64,000 bases of DNA from a phage. Of the stretch, positions 30,760 to 40,720 are shown in pieces (position 1 is the first letter of the stretch; each line of letters starts with the position of its first letter). The notes under the pieces were generated by a model, which searched no databases, was not told where the DNA came from, and was given only the letters and a program-made list of their open reading frames with translations. The stretch lies in assembly GCA_015370545.1 (NCBI GenBank), contig GCA_015370545.1_3932.1; one strand, 5' to 3'. Both the position numbers and the translations under genes were made by a program.

Positions 30760-31245
30760 ATGAATTACATGGAGATTCGACCATTTGACACAGCTAATGG
30801 TGAAGGGGTTCGTGTAAGCCTCTTCGTAGCTGGTTGTAAGCATCACTGTGAAGGTTGCTTTAATAAGGAATCTTGGAAGTTTAATGCTGGTAAAGAGTTC
30901 ACTTATGCAAACCTTTATGGCATCATTAAGTTAATGAATGATAATGCCATCAGTGGGCTGTCAATACTTGGTGGAGAACCTCTGGATGATAGAAACATTC
31001 AAGAGGTTACCAACATATGCAAACGTATTAAAACCGTTTACCCAGAAAAATCTATCTGGCTCTGGACAGGTTTTCAGTTACACGAAAAAATTCACCTAGA
31101 TGTGATGAAATATATTGACGTGGTGATTGATGGTAAGTATGATTCATCTAAACCAACAGTTAAACCATATCGTGGTTCTGATAACCAAAACCTCTGGAGA
31201 AAAGAGTATGGGTGGCAAGGTGATTGTCAGTGGCGAGCCGAGTAA
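30760..31245 (+). CDS. nrdG: anaerobic ribonucleotide reductase activating protein (radical SAM)
   Basis: 161 aa; CKHHCEGC (CxxxCxxC) cluster near N-terminus; downstream of nrdD. Confidence 0.75.
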   Translation: MNYMEIRPFDTANGEGVRVSLFVAGCKHHCEGCFNKESWKFNAGKEFTYANLYGIIKLMNDNAISGLSILGGEPLDDRNIQEVTNICKRIKTVYPEKSIWLWTGFQLHEKIHLDVMKYIDVVIDGKYDSSKPTVKPYRGSDNQNLWRKEYGWQGDCQWRAE

Positions 31246-31369
31246 GTCTCGTCGTAAAGTAGGTTATCGGTAAAGGCCACTTTACAATGTTCTACAGAAC
31301 AAACTTAACCGTTTTGGTGTCACTGAAGAGCAACTTAAAACCTTTTGTGAAAAGATTGAGAGATATGAA

Positions 31370-31627
31370 ATGGGACTTTGGAATAGTTTTAAATTAAAAG
31401 TAAAAGCAGCACTAGCTTCATTAGGTATGCTCACTGGTGTTGATGTGACTCATCTTATGCAGAATTTTAAGATGGATGAGAGGCTGGCTAATGAGATTAT
31501 GGAAAGTATCTATGTAGGCCGTGGCAAAGGTGGTAAGAAACAAGCCCACCGCCAATCCGGTGCAGCAGCTATTAAACGAGCAGCTAAGAAAGCTCGTAAC
31601 CGTAAACGTAACAAGAAGGTTAAATAA
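31370..31627 (+). CDS. hypothetical basic protein
   Basis: 85 aa, K/R-rich C-terminus. Confidence 0.4.
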   Translation: MGLWNSFKLKVKAALASLGMLTGVDVTHLMQNFKMDERLANEIMESIYVGRGKGGKKQAHRQSGAAAIKRAAKKARNRKRNKKVK

Positions 31628-31629
31628 CC

Positions 31630-31950
31630 ATGAGCAAAGTTTATAACACTCGTAAATTACAGATTTTCGTACTGTGCCAGTTTATGGCTAAAGAATACAA
31701 CTTCTACTATTGTGGTACAGGTTTTATTAGTGATGATGATGGCTCATACCTCCCATTCAAAGAGGCTGTAAAACTCTTCAATGAAGAGAAAAGCTCTAAG
31801 AAAGATATTGAAAAGGTTAAGCTAACCTACAGCAAGAGAGATAAGAAGATTATCTGCCTAGATAACTTTGTGAAAGTTACTGGAGAAGCAAAAGAGTTTA
31901 TGGATGAGAGTGAGATTTCATTCACAAGCATCTTGAAAGTAGCTCAGTAA
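31630..31950 (+). CDS. hypothetical protein
   Basis: 106-aa ORF. Confidence 0.45.
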   Translation: MSKVYNTRKLQIFVLCQFMAKEYNFYYCGTGFISDDDGSYLPFKEAVKLFNEEKSSKKDIEKVKLTYSKRDKKIICLDNFVKVTGEAKEFMDESEISFTSILKVAQ

Positions 31951-32001
31951 ACAGATACTATAAGGGGACTGTAAAGGTTCCCTTTTTATTTTGGAGATAA
32001 C

Positions 32002-32517
32002 ATGTATCTGTCAAATCTGAAACGTTCGGCTGCAATGTCAGTTCTAAGACTCAGCTTTGAGGAACGTCAAGAGTTCATTGACTCCCACCAATACGACCCT
32101 TCTAACTCAAATCACATGATTCTCTGGAATCGTGAGAGCACTCGTGAAAGAGCACTATTCCGCTATTACCCACACTACACTATAGATAATTTGTATGAAT
32201 GTTTTGTTGTGAAGAACACCATTACAGTTCTCAATAAACTTTGCAGATACACAGATAGTCAATCCTTCACATTAGGTCACCACAAGCCTGTTACAAAAGG
32301 TGGTGAACATCACTGTGCAAACTGGTTTATTCAGACTAAAGCTGATAATCAAAAGCAAGGAGATAGCCTTCTAAGCACTCCCAAGATGACCTATGAAGAG
32401 CAAGAGAAATATATCAAAAATAATATGCCAGATGTGCTTGACAACAACTATACAGATTTGGCAATATCTCTCCTGTTGAAGTTCGAGACAGTTTATAGGG
32501 CAACTTACAATGGCTAA
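32002..32517 (+). CDS. putative HNH-family endonuclease
   Basis: 171 aa; LGHHKPVTKGGEHHCANW resembles an HNH core; weak. Confidence 0.4.
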   Translation: MYLSNLKRSAAMSVLRLSFEERQEFIDSHQYDPSNSNHMILWNRESTRERALFRYYPHYTIDNLYECFVVKNTITVLNKLCRYTDSQSFTLGHHKPVTKGGEHHCANWFIQTKADNQKQGDSLLSTPKMTYEEQEKYIKNNMPDVLDNNYTDLAISLLLKFETVYRATYNG

Positions 32518-32788
32518 AGAAAAGTGGGAGATTTTACCACTAGTCAGTGAGGGTGGTAATGGTTGTGAAATGTACATGATACGTGGTCATGTCCCAGAAC
32601 CAATTGCACTTGAGATGGTAAACAATTTTACAGATGGCTCTTACAAAGACTTGGGAGAACCAACTGTCAAGCAACAATGGGTTAAACCTGTACCAGACAG
32701 CACAGGTAACTGTAGTGTACTTTATCACGTTGTAGACCCTGCAAAATGCAAATCTGCAATGGCAGTAACAAACGTAACTTTTGATTGA
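32510..32788 (+). CDS. hypothetical protein
   Basis: 92-aa ORF. Confidence 0.4.
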   Translation: MAKEKWEILPLVSEGGNGCEMYMIRGHVPEPIALEMVNNFTDGSYKDLGEPTVKQQWVKPVPDSTGNCSVLYHVVDPAKCKSAMAVTNVTFD

Positions 32789-32803
32789 GAGAGAGAGAAA
32801 ACT

Positions 32804-33268
32804 ATGATTTTTTGCAATTCCCAGAAGCATGTAATAGAGATTCTATATAAGGAGTTTGGTACAGAGAACACCTTTGACTCAAATGAAGCAATTGATGTAC
32901 TAAGAGAAAAAAGCCTCTTTATAAGAGGTCAATCAATTAACAATGCTCGTGGCTACCTAACAGTGCTAAGGCAATCCGGTGTACTGATAACTGTAGGCCA
33001 AATAAAAAGTAAGGGGAGACTAAGCATCAACCAGATTAACCGAGCTTTTATGGAGAAACACCCACAACTATCACGAATGTTAGATGATGGACATGGGGAG
33101 GTAAAGAGCCTTCAAAAAACAACCTCGACCGATGTTAATTCAGTTGACATACAACCAGATGTTAGGTATTTTATTGAGGATGTGATGTTTAAAACAATGG
33201 ATGAAGCAGTTGAACACTGTAAAAAACATCTGATTAAAGTTAAACGTGCAAAGATTGTTTGGGAATAA
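32804..33268 (+). CDS. hypothetical protein, tandem paralogue A
   Basis: 154 aa; shares EILYKEFGT..FDSNEAI...PQLSR(M/L)LD...(V/A)KYFI(E/D)...AVE(H/Y)CKK..IK.KR.KI.WE with next ORF. Confidence 0.5.
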   Translation: MIFCNSQKHVIEILYKEFGTENTFDSNEAIDVLREKSLFIRGQSINNARGYLTVLRQSGVLITVGQIKSKGRLSINQINRAFMEKHPQLSRMLDDGHGEVKSLQKTTSTDVNSVDIQPDVRYFIEDVMFKTMDEAVEHCKKHLIKVKRAKIVWE

Positions 33269-33301
33269 TACTTCAAAAACTTCTATTGAGAGAAAAAGAA
33301 C

Positions 33302-33754
33302 ATGTTAAGTTCATTTTACATAGCACTGACTGAGATTCTATATAAAGAATTTGGTACAGATACCATCTTTGACTCTAATGAGGCTATAAAAGCTCTCAGA
33401 AGTGGAAGTGACTGCCTAAGTAAAAGCCCTATAGCAAACATTCGGTATTACTTGACCACAATGCGTAAAATGGGGCTACTGATGGCTGTAAGTCAGGGAA
33501 CAAAAGACTGTGCTTCTCTATACCTAAACCAACTAAATAAAATGATGATAGAGAGCGACCCACAACTATCAAGACTACTTGATAGTGTTGACAAAACTAA
33601 TAGGAATACAAGAACATCAAAACCAAAAGGTGAGTTCCTCCCTGATGCAAAATACTTTATTGATGAACTAATGTTTGATACCATAGAAGATGCAGTTGAG
33701 TATTGCAAAAAGAATATTATTAAGTTGAAAAGAAAGAAAATTATTTGGGAATAA
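33302..33754 (+). CDS. hypothetical protein, tandem paralogue B
   Basis: 150 aa; paralogue of 32804..33268. Confidence 0.5.
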   Translation: MLSSFYIALTEILYKEFGTDTIFDSNEAIKALRSGSDCLSKSPIANIRYYLTTMRKMGLLMAVSQGTKDCASLYLNQLNKMMIESDPQLSRLLDSVDKTNRNTRTSKPKGEFLPDAKYFIDELMFDTIEDAVEYCKKNIIKLKRKKIIWE

Positions 33755-34662
33755 AACTACCATTATCGAGAGAGAAAACTATGAAAACATCTATCCGTGT
33801 TACAGTTCATTCACCAACTAAAGGAACTCATGAAGAAGAGTTTAACATCATCCAATTTCCTTCTGGTGAGATTGGTGGACACTTTTCGCCAGAGTTTGTT
33901 GATTTCACTGCTTATGCAGCATCATCCATCAACAATGTGATTATGATTGTAAAAGGTTATGATAAGGATACATTGTTTGCTGTGGCACTTGCTAAAGAAG
34001 CAATTGATGATTTAATTCCTCATGGTTATGCTTTAAAGACTGTCATCTTTTACTACTTACCAAATGCACGTTATGACCGTCACATGTTTAAAGGCGACGC
34101 AGCAGCTTTAAAGGTTTTTGCTAAACAGGTAAATGCAATGGGATTTGGTGCAGTCTGTGCAGTTGACCCTCACAGCTATGTACCAGATAACCTGTTTAAC
34201 TGCTTCCAGAGTATTCCTCAAAAGGAAATTGCAGTCCACTATGCAAATGACCCACTGATTGATTACTTAGTAGCCCCAGATGCAGGTGCTGCTAAGAAGA
34301 TTGCAGAGACTGCTAAAGAGGTGGATAAACCATATATCACAATGTCTAAAGTACGCAACCTTAAGACTGGTGAAATTACTGGTATGCGAATCCTTGATGA
34401 TGTTGATTTGACAGATAAAACCGTCATGATTCTGGATGATATCTGTGATGGTGGTCGAACCTTCATAGAAGCAGCTAAACATCTTCGTGAAGCAGGTGCA
34501 AAACGTGTGGAACTCTATGTAACACACGGTATCTTCTCTAAAGATGTTGAAAACCTTCTTGACAATGGCATTGACCACATCTACACTACAAACTCTTTAG
34601 GGGAAGCTAAAGACCGTGGCTTAACACATTATGGTCAAGTTACTGTAGCAAACCTTGATTGA
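33745..34662 (+). CDS. ribose-phosphate pyrophosphokinase-like (PRPP synthetase fold) protein
   Basis: 305 aa; type I PRTase-type PRPP-binding loop VMILDDICDGGRT; divergent N-terminus; immediately upstream of NAMPT-like gene. Confidence 0.75.
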   Translation: MGIKLPLSREKTMKTSIRVTVHSPTKGTHEEEFNIIQFPSGEIGGHFSPEFVDFTAYAASSINNVIMIVKGYDKDTLFAVALAKEAIDDLIPHGYALKTVIFYYLPNARYDRHMFKGDAAALKVFAKQVNAMGFGAVCAVDPHSYVPDNLFNCFQSIPQKEIAVHYANDPLIDYLVAPDAGAAKKIAETAKEVDKPYITMSKVRNLKTGEITGMRILDDVDLTDKTVMILDDICDGGRTFIEAAKHLREAGAKRVELYVTHGIFSKDVENLLDNGIDHIYTTNSLGEAKDRGLTHYGQVTVANLD

Positions 34663-34671
34663 AACTTTATA

Positions 34672-34692
34672 GGGGCTTAAAAGCCCCATTTT
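34672..34692 (+). terminator. hairpin/partial terminator between PRS-like and NAMPT-like genes
   Basis: GGGGCTT-AAA-AGCCCC followed by ATTTT. Confidence 0.55.
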
Positions 34693-34707
34693 GAGAGAGA
34701 TTAAAAG

Positions 34708-36489
34708 ATGACTAAATCACTTTATGCAGTACCAGCAGGTTTAAACGCAGATGCTTACAAATCTGGTCATGTTTACCAGTACCCTAGTGCAACAGAGTAC
34801 TTGATGTTCAACCTGACACCACGTAGTGACAAATGGTTTAACAGCCCCTTAGCAATTGATGGTGTAGTAGCTTTTGGTATTCAACGTTTCGTTAAAGATT
34901 ACTTGATAGACCACTGGAACGCCACTTTCTTTGAACGTGATAAAAAAGAAGCCATTGATGAAATCTTAGAAGTCATGAATGGTGTTCTGGGTAAAGATGC
35001 TATCGGTCGAGAGCATTGGGAAGCACTTCACGACTTAGGTTATCTACCAGTTGAAGTATACGCTGTAGAAGAAGGTACAGTTGTTCCTATGCGTGTACCA
35101 ATGATTGTCTTCCAGAACACTGTTTCAGGTTTCCATTGGGTAGCGGGATATCTGGAAGATGCTTTCTCTGCTGAGATTTGGAAGGCTTGTACCATTGCAA
35201 CTATTGCATTGCATTATAAACGCATCTGTAAGAAGTGGGCTGACCTTACTTGCGACAATGACTTACATTTACCTTATCAGTGCCATGACTTTGCTATGCG
35301 TGGTATGTCCGGCTTTACTGATGACGCATTTAACGCTGTAGGCCACTTAACCAGCTTTAAAGGGACTGATAGCTTCCCTGCTGTATATACAGCTAAACGC
35401 ATCTACGGACAGTCTTACCAAGTCTCTGATATTGGTGGTTCTGTACCAGCCACTGAACACTCTGTAATGTGTGCAAACATTGCTTGGGAAGGTGGTAATG
35501 AGTTGGTTGAAGAAGAAAGACGCTTTAAAGGTGAGTTACAAACCTTCCGTCGTTTCTTAACAGAAACTTACCCAACGGGTATTGCAAGTGTTGTTTCAGA
35601 TACTTATAACTTCTGGAGAACTGTGTCAGAAATCTTACCAGCACTCCGTAAAGAAATTATGGAACGTGATGGCAAACTGGTAATTCGTCCTGACTCTGGA
35701 GACCCTGTACACATTGTCACAGGTTATAAAACAATCCACTTAGAGTGTGCTAAAAAGGCTTATTACGAGCACCTAAGTAAGCTGGAAGCCAGTGACGCAA
35801 TGCTGAATGCTGTTCTGAACATGAAGCTTGAAAACATCAGCTATGGTATTGCTGGATGGCTACTGTCAGAAGGCTACGAAATGGTTGTTGACAGAGAAGA
35901 CTTTGAAGTTGCTGATACAGTGCTGTTGAAGAACGCTTATATGGTTGGCTCTGCAAACGTTGTAACACGCCCTGTAGCAGAGATTGATGGAGCTATTAAG
36001 ACCTTGTATAACATCTTTGGAGGAACTATCAACTCTAAAGGTTTTAAGGTACTGGATGAGCACATTGGACTTATCTATGGTGACTCTATCACGTTGGAAC
36101 GTGCAAACGAAATCCTGAAGCGTCTGTATGAAATGGGGTTTGCAAGCTCTAACGTGGTGTTTGGTGTAGGCTCTTACACTTACCAGTACATGACTCGTGA
36201 CACCTTTGCATTTGCTGTCAAAGCAACTCTTGCAAGCATTGGTGGCAAAGAGATTATGCTTGCAAAAGACCCTAAAACAGATAGTGGTGTTAAGAAATCT
36301 GCCTTTGGTGGTGTAGCACCTATGTGGGATGGTGAGAATTTGAAAGCTGTAGATGGCTACGGATTCCAGAGCTTTGCAGATGCACTTGACCACCCAGCTT
36401 GTGCTTTACGTTTAGTCTTTAGCAACTCTGAGCAGTTCGGTTACACATCTCTTGGTGATATTCGAAATAATATTGACAAGCAGCTTTAA
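34708..36489 (+). CDS. nicotinamide phosphoribosyltransferase (NAMPT) family protein
   Basis: 593 aa; HLTSFKGTDS and GLIYGDSITLERANEIL...VVFGVGSYTYQ correspond to conserved NAMPT active-site regions. Confidence 0.85.
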   Translation: MTKSLYAVPAGLNADAYKSGHVYQYPSATEYLMFNLTPRSDKWFNSPLAIDGVVAFGIQRFVKDYLIDHWNATFFERDKKEAIDEILEVMNGVLGKDAIGREHWEALHDLGYLPVEVYAVEEGTVVPMRVPMIVFQNTVSGFHWVAGYLEDAFSAEIWKACTIATIALHYKRICKKWADLTCDNDLHLPYQCHDFAMRGMSGFTDDAFNAVGHLTSFKGTDSFPAVYTAKRIYGQSYQVSDIGGSVPATEHSVMCANIAWEGGNELVEEERRFKGELQTFRRFLTETYPTGIASVVSDTYNFWRTVSEILPALRKEIMERDGKLVIRPDSGDPVHIVTGYKTIHLECAKKAYYEHLSKLEASDAMLNAVLNMKLENISYGIAGWLLSEGYEMVVDREDFEVADTVLLKNAYMVGSANVVTRPVAEIDGAIKTLYNIFGGTINSKGFKVLDEHIGLIYGDSITLERANEILKRLYEMGFASSNVVFGVGSYTYQYMTRDTFAFAVKATLASIGGKEIMLAKDPKTDSGVKKSAFGGVAPMWDGENLKAVDGYGFQSFADALDHPACALRLVFSNSEQFGYTSLGDIRNNIDKQL

Positions 36490-36504
36490 AAGTATATGAT
36501 AAGA

Positions 36505-36525
36505 GGCTCCTACGGGAGCCTTTTT
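36505..36525 (+). terminator. rho-independent terminator
   Basis: GGCTCC-TACG-GGAGCC followed by TTTTT. Confidence 0.65.
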
Positions 36526-36542
36526 AATTTCTGGAGAAGATT

Positions 36543-36878
36543 ATGAAAATCAAAGAGATGAACATCAACATTGTCTTAGAAGAACGTTGGGAGAATATTA
36601 AGAAACCTGAAGATGGTAAAAAGCTCCTTAACAAAATTTTAGTAGCAGCTAAAGAAGAACTGAATGGCAAGATTGCAGCAGCAGTCACAATAAAAGTTTG
36701 TGTAAAAGGTCTTCCAGACAACCACCAATTTGCGCTTGACGAGTTTAAAAAAAGCTTCTACAATCCAAACAAACAGATGCTTGAAAGTAACTTTGCAGTA
36801 TCTACAAGTATCGTCCATGACAGAAGCTTTATCCTTTACAAAAATATGAGAGGTGAGTCATGCAAGCATATTGGATAG
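36543..36878 (+). CDS. hypothetical protein
   Basis: 111-aa ORF. Confidence 0.45.
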   Translation: MKIKEMNINIVLEERWENIKKPEDGKKLLNKILVAAKEELNGKIAAAVTIKVCVKGLPDNHQFALDEFKKSFYNPNKQMLESNFAVSTSIVHDRSFILYKNMRGESCKHIG

Positions 36879-37064
36879 AAATTTTACTGTCACTTGGTAG
36901 CGTAGCAGTGTTTGTTTACCTTCTTTGCAAGTACTTTGCAGAACACAAGAAGTGTGACTACTGTAACGGAGAAGGGTATACAAGAGCAGGTTGTTGCCCT
37001 ATGTGTGGCGGTTCTGGTAAGATGTTTAATAAGTAATTTAACAGTAAACTAAGAGGAAAGTATT

Positions 37065-39431
37065 ATGCGCATGGTAAATGACCACGCAGAAGTGATTAAG
37101 AGTTCGACTTCTTTAGAGACGTCTCAAGCACAGATTACAATGACACCTGAGATGTTCAGCCTTTTGAGTTCTGGTGTATATACATTTAAAGAAAGGGCAG
37201 TGATTCGTGAACTGTCATGTAACGCAGTAGATGCTCAGAAAGAAGCTGGAAAAGAGAAAATCCCATTCCATGTGCATTTACCTACTCGTTTTGAGCCTTA
37301 CTTCGAAGTTCGTGATTTTGGAACTGGATTGACTCATGATAAAGTTATGAGTTTGTACCTAAACTACGGGGCTTCTACGAAGAATGACTCTAATGACTAC
37401 ATTGGTGCAATGGGTATCGGCTCAAAGTCACCATTTGCAATTGCTCAGTCATTCACAGTATCTAGCTATGTTGACGGTGTTGTTAATAAGTACTCTGTTT
37501 ATCTTGAGAATGGTATCCCTCAAGTAACTAAGCTGACAACTAACCCAACAAAAGAACCTAATGGTTTAGCTGTACGTGTGGCAGTTGCTGACCACCGTAT
37601 CTCAAAGTTCTTTGAAGAAGCTGGGAATGTGTACTCATACTTCACTGTAAAACCAGAAAGTAATATTGAGTACGACGATGTATTAGCAGATATGAACGTC
37701 ATTGCCCGTGAAGAAGGTGTTTATGATGCCATGATTCATAAGCAAAGCTGGCGTTCTGGCGCTAACAGAACAGAGTTTAATGTGGTGATGGGTAACATTG
37801 CCTACCCTGTTAACATGGAAGCATTACTTGGAGATGATTTCTTCAAAGTATTGCCAGAATTTTTCCGTAGGAGCGTAGACCTTGTAAACATCTACATGCC
37901 TATTGGTTCAGTTGCTATTGCAGCTTCTCGTGAAGCATTGCAGATGAATGACACGACAAAAAATGTTATCATCGAGGCTACTAAAAAGATAACTGAAGCA
38001 ATTACAAAGGATGTTATCAAGAAAGTTAATAGTCAACCTACACTCATGGATGCTGCACAGGCTTATGCTGAGTTACGCTTGAACTCACGAGAGATGTTTA
38101 ATGCTGTGTGTCCAAAGCTAGAGTGGGGAGGCGTTAAGCTTGATTCTCTGGAAGAAGAATTACTAAACATTCGTCGTGGAATTATCTACGCAGAAGACGG
38201 CTCAGTTATTTATGAACGTGATGGTAAAGGTAATATTAAGGTTGATAGGAACGGAAACAACATCCCTAAAGTAGATTATCTTTATAATCCAGTTGCTTAT
38301 GTTAAGTTCAACTCTTTAGAAAGTAAGATTCGTGCAACAGCACTTTCCTACACTCAAGAGGCAAGTATGTTCAATATCTTTGGCGTAATGCGCAAAAGCC
38401 AAATTGAACAGTTTTTGTTTGTTATCAATGACCGTCGCAATAAAAATGGTACTGAGAAGACTGTAGGACGCAACCAAATCTTGCGTGGTGCATGTCGAGA
38501 CTATGCCAGTGAGTCAAGTCTGTTTCACAGATATAATGGTATTGTCTTTGTATTCCCTAATGAGGAAGAGCTAGATGATTTAATCAATCTGCACAAACTT
38601 GATAAAAGCTTGTTAAAGATTGTGAAGATGTCTGATAAGGAACACCATTACCAGCGTAAAGAAGCTGTAAGAGGTGTTGTAAAACTCTGGAAAGCTGTTC
38701 CAGCAGAAGGTGTAGCTTCCTATAAAGAGGTTTCAGAAGACTTAGATACGATTGAAGAGCCTCAACTTTATATTAAGGCAGTAGGTGACACAGTTGATGG
38801 CGAATGTTTTTGCTCATCTCCAGAAGATGTAGCTAAGTCAGTTGCCAATGTCATTGAAAAGACAGTCTATGTTTTCCGAAAAGCAAATTGGAAAAAGATA
38901 CCAGAAGACTGGATTGAAGTAGATGAGAAGCTCTTGAACGACAGCTTAACTGATGTTCACTGGATTAATCATAACAGGTATATGACACGTATCTATATGA
39001 ATGGTGTCCTAGACCTTACAAGCAGTTGGATTATTGCCAGAAACTTTACGTTCAATAACAGGAAGATTTCTCGCGGTTATTGCTATTCACGAGACACAAA
39101 CAAAACTATCTTCTTAGAAGGTAATGAAGATGCTGTTGAGGCAATGTTTGGTAAAATCCAATACGTTGCTGCACCGTTTGCATACACTTACACTATTAGT
39201 CGGTTGCAAACTTTGAAAGAGTGCCTTGACAACGATACAAAGCTGTACAAGAAAATTAAGAAAGCTGGTGACCGTATGGTCATTAAGGTGACAAACTATC
39301 TTTCAAAAAGAAAACAAGAAAACTTCTTGCTTTCTCATTTAGATTGGAATAAAGTGTCACCCATCGAAGTGAGTAAGTTCTTAGGCTTTGATGTGAAGTG
39401 TGTTCCAGAAGGGACTACAATTTACGATTAA
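37065..39431 (+). CDS. rIIA: rIIA-like protein (GHKL ATPase domain)
   Basis: 788 aa; N-terminal RAVIRELSCNAVDAQ...RDFGTGL...DSNDYIGAMGIGSKSPF matches the histidine-kinase-like ATPase region of T4 rIIA. Confidence 0.75.
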   Translation: MRMVNDHAEVIKSSTSLETSQAQITMTPEMFSLLSSGVYTFKERAVIRELSCNAVDAQKEAGKEKIPFHVHLPTRFEPYFEVRDFGTGLTHDKVMSLYLNYGASTKNDSNDYIGAMGIGSKSPFAIAQSFTVSSYVDGVVNKYSVYLENGIPQVTKLTTNPTKEPNGLAVRVAVADHRISKFFEEAGNVYSYFTVKPESNIEYDDVLADMNVIAREEGVYDAMIHKQSWRSGANRTEFNVVMGNIAYPVNMEALLGDDFFKVLPEFFRRSVDLVNIYMPIGSVAIAASREALQMNDTTKNVIIEATKKITEAITKDVIKKVNSQPTLMDAAQAYAELRLNSREMFNAVCPKLEWGGVKLDSLEEELLNIRRGIIYAEDGSVIYERDGKGNIKVDRNGNNIPKVDYLYNPVAYVKFNSLESKIRATALSYTQEASMFNIFGVMRKSQIEQFLFVINDRRNKNGTEKTVGRNQILRGACRDYASESSLFHRYNGIVFVFPNEEELDDLINLHKLDKSLLKIVKMSDKEHHYQRKEAVRGVVKLWKAVPAEGVASYKEVSEDLDTIEEPQLYIKAVGDTVDGECFCSSPEDVAKSVANVIEKTVYVFRKANWKKIPEDWIEVDEKLLNDSLTDVHWINHNRYMTRIYMNGVLDLTSSWIIARNFTFNNRKISRGYCYSRDTNKTIFLEGNEDAVEAMFGKIQYVAAPFAYTYTISRLQTLKECLDNDTKLYKKIKKAGDRMVIKVTNYLSKRKQENFLLSHLDWNKVSPIEVSKFLGFDVKCVPEGTTIYD

Positions 39432-39510
39432 AGTGTTTGACAAGGGGCTTCAAAGCCCCTTAGAATAGCCTCACAAATTGATTGATTAACTAGCAAGAGA
39501 GAGTAATAAG

Positions 39511-40620
39511 ATGACTACTAAAACTAAAGCACAGATTGACGCAGAAATTTACAAACTGGTAAAAGAAGGTAAGCTGACCAAAACAGCTATTGCACAGAAA
39601 TTTAACACTTCAACCCGTTCAGTTGGTCGTGCTGTAGAGCGTCATGAAGCAACCCTAAAAGGGAATAAAAAGGCAACTTCTACACCAGCTACGAAGACTT
39701 TGAAACAAGTTGCTAAGACTTTTAAAAAGAAAGCTGGCAAACAAGTTGAAAAGGTCGTTAAAGACACTGTACAGAAAGCTCCAGTAAATAAACTGCACGA
39801 AGCTATGCAGAAAGATGACAAGATTGAGTACATGATTACTGGTGATTCTGTAATTATGACTTATGGTTCAGAATCTGAAATTGTTGAGTCTACTCATCCG
39901 AACTATCAAGAGATTGTAGTTCATGTTGTGAAAGGTGAGTTCAAGAAAGCATTTGAACTGATGAACATTCGTAAGTCTATCGAAAACTTCACTCAGGGTG
40001 CTATCACAATCAAAGGCGACAAGCTATTCTACGGTGCTGTTGAGATGCGTTCTACTCTGGTTGACCGTATTCTTCACATGATGAAAACTGGTGATAAAGG
40101 TTTTGAACGACTTGTAATGTTCTTCGAAAAACTGATGGAAAACCCATCTAAAGATTCTGTAGAACAACTTTGGGGATTTGTATCTCACCTTGATGTTGAA
40201 ATTGATGAAGAAGGTTACATCATTGGTTGGAAGAAAGTCTCTACTCGTGAAGGAAAGCTGGTTGACTCTCACACCTACAAAGTGCCTAATGATTTGGGTA
40301 ACATTGTAGAAATGCCACGTTGGATGGTTGATAATAACCGTAACGTAACTTGCTCTCAAGGTCTTCATGTTGGCGCTTGGGATTATGTTCGTTGCTTCTC
40401 AGGTGATACCATCCTGAAGGTTCGTGTCCATCCACGAGATGTTGTATCCGTACCAACTGATTACAACGATATGAAGATGCGTTCCTCTCGTTATGAAGTT
40501 GCAGCAATCGTTGATAATCAACGTAAAGTGCTGGAAGCATGGGACGGTAAGACTGAAGCTTTGCATGTCATCGTTGGCACTGCTGGTGAACTCATCTCTC
40601 AACGTAAACGTGAAATCTAA
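39511..40620 (+). CDS. rIIB: rIIB-like protein
   Basis: 369 aa directly downstream of rIIA; call rests mainly on synteny and size. Confidence 0.55.
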   Translation: MTTKTKAQIDAEIYKLVKEGKLTKTAIAQKFNTSTRSVGRAVERHEATLKGNKKATSTPATKTLKQVAKTFKKKAGKQVEKVVKDTVQKAPVNKLHEAMQKDDKIEYMITGDSVIMTYGSESEIVESTHPNYQEIVVHVVKGEFKKAFELMNIRKSIENFTQGAITIKGDKLFYGAVEMRSTLVDRILHMMKTGDKGFERLVMFFEKLMENPSKDSVEQLWGFVSHLDVEIDEEGYIIGWKKVSTREGKLVDSHTYKVPNDLGNIVEMPRWMVDNNRNVTCSQGLHVGAWDYVRCFSGDTILKVRVHPRDVVSVPTDYNDMKMRSSRYEVAAIVDNQRKVLEAWDGKTEALHVIVGTAGELISQRKREI

Positions 40621-40636
40621 TAAGTAATTTCTTAAA

Positions 40637-40660
40637 AGGCTGCTTCGGCGGCCTTTTTTA
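40637..40660 (+). terminator. rho-independent terminator
   Basis: AGGCTGC-TTCG-GCGGCCT followed by TTTTTTATTT. Confidence 0.65.
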
Positions 40661-40720
40661 TTTGTATTTTGTGCAGAGTGCTGTATAATTGTTGTCACGA
40701 TAAACTAAACAGGAGAACCA

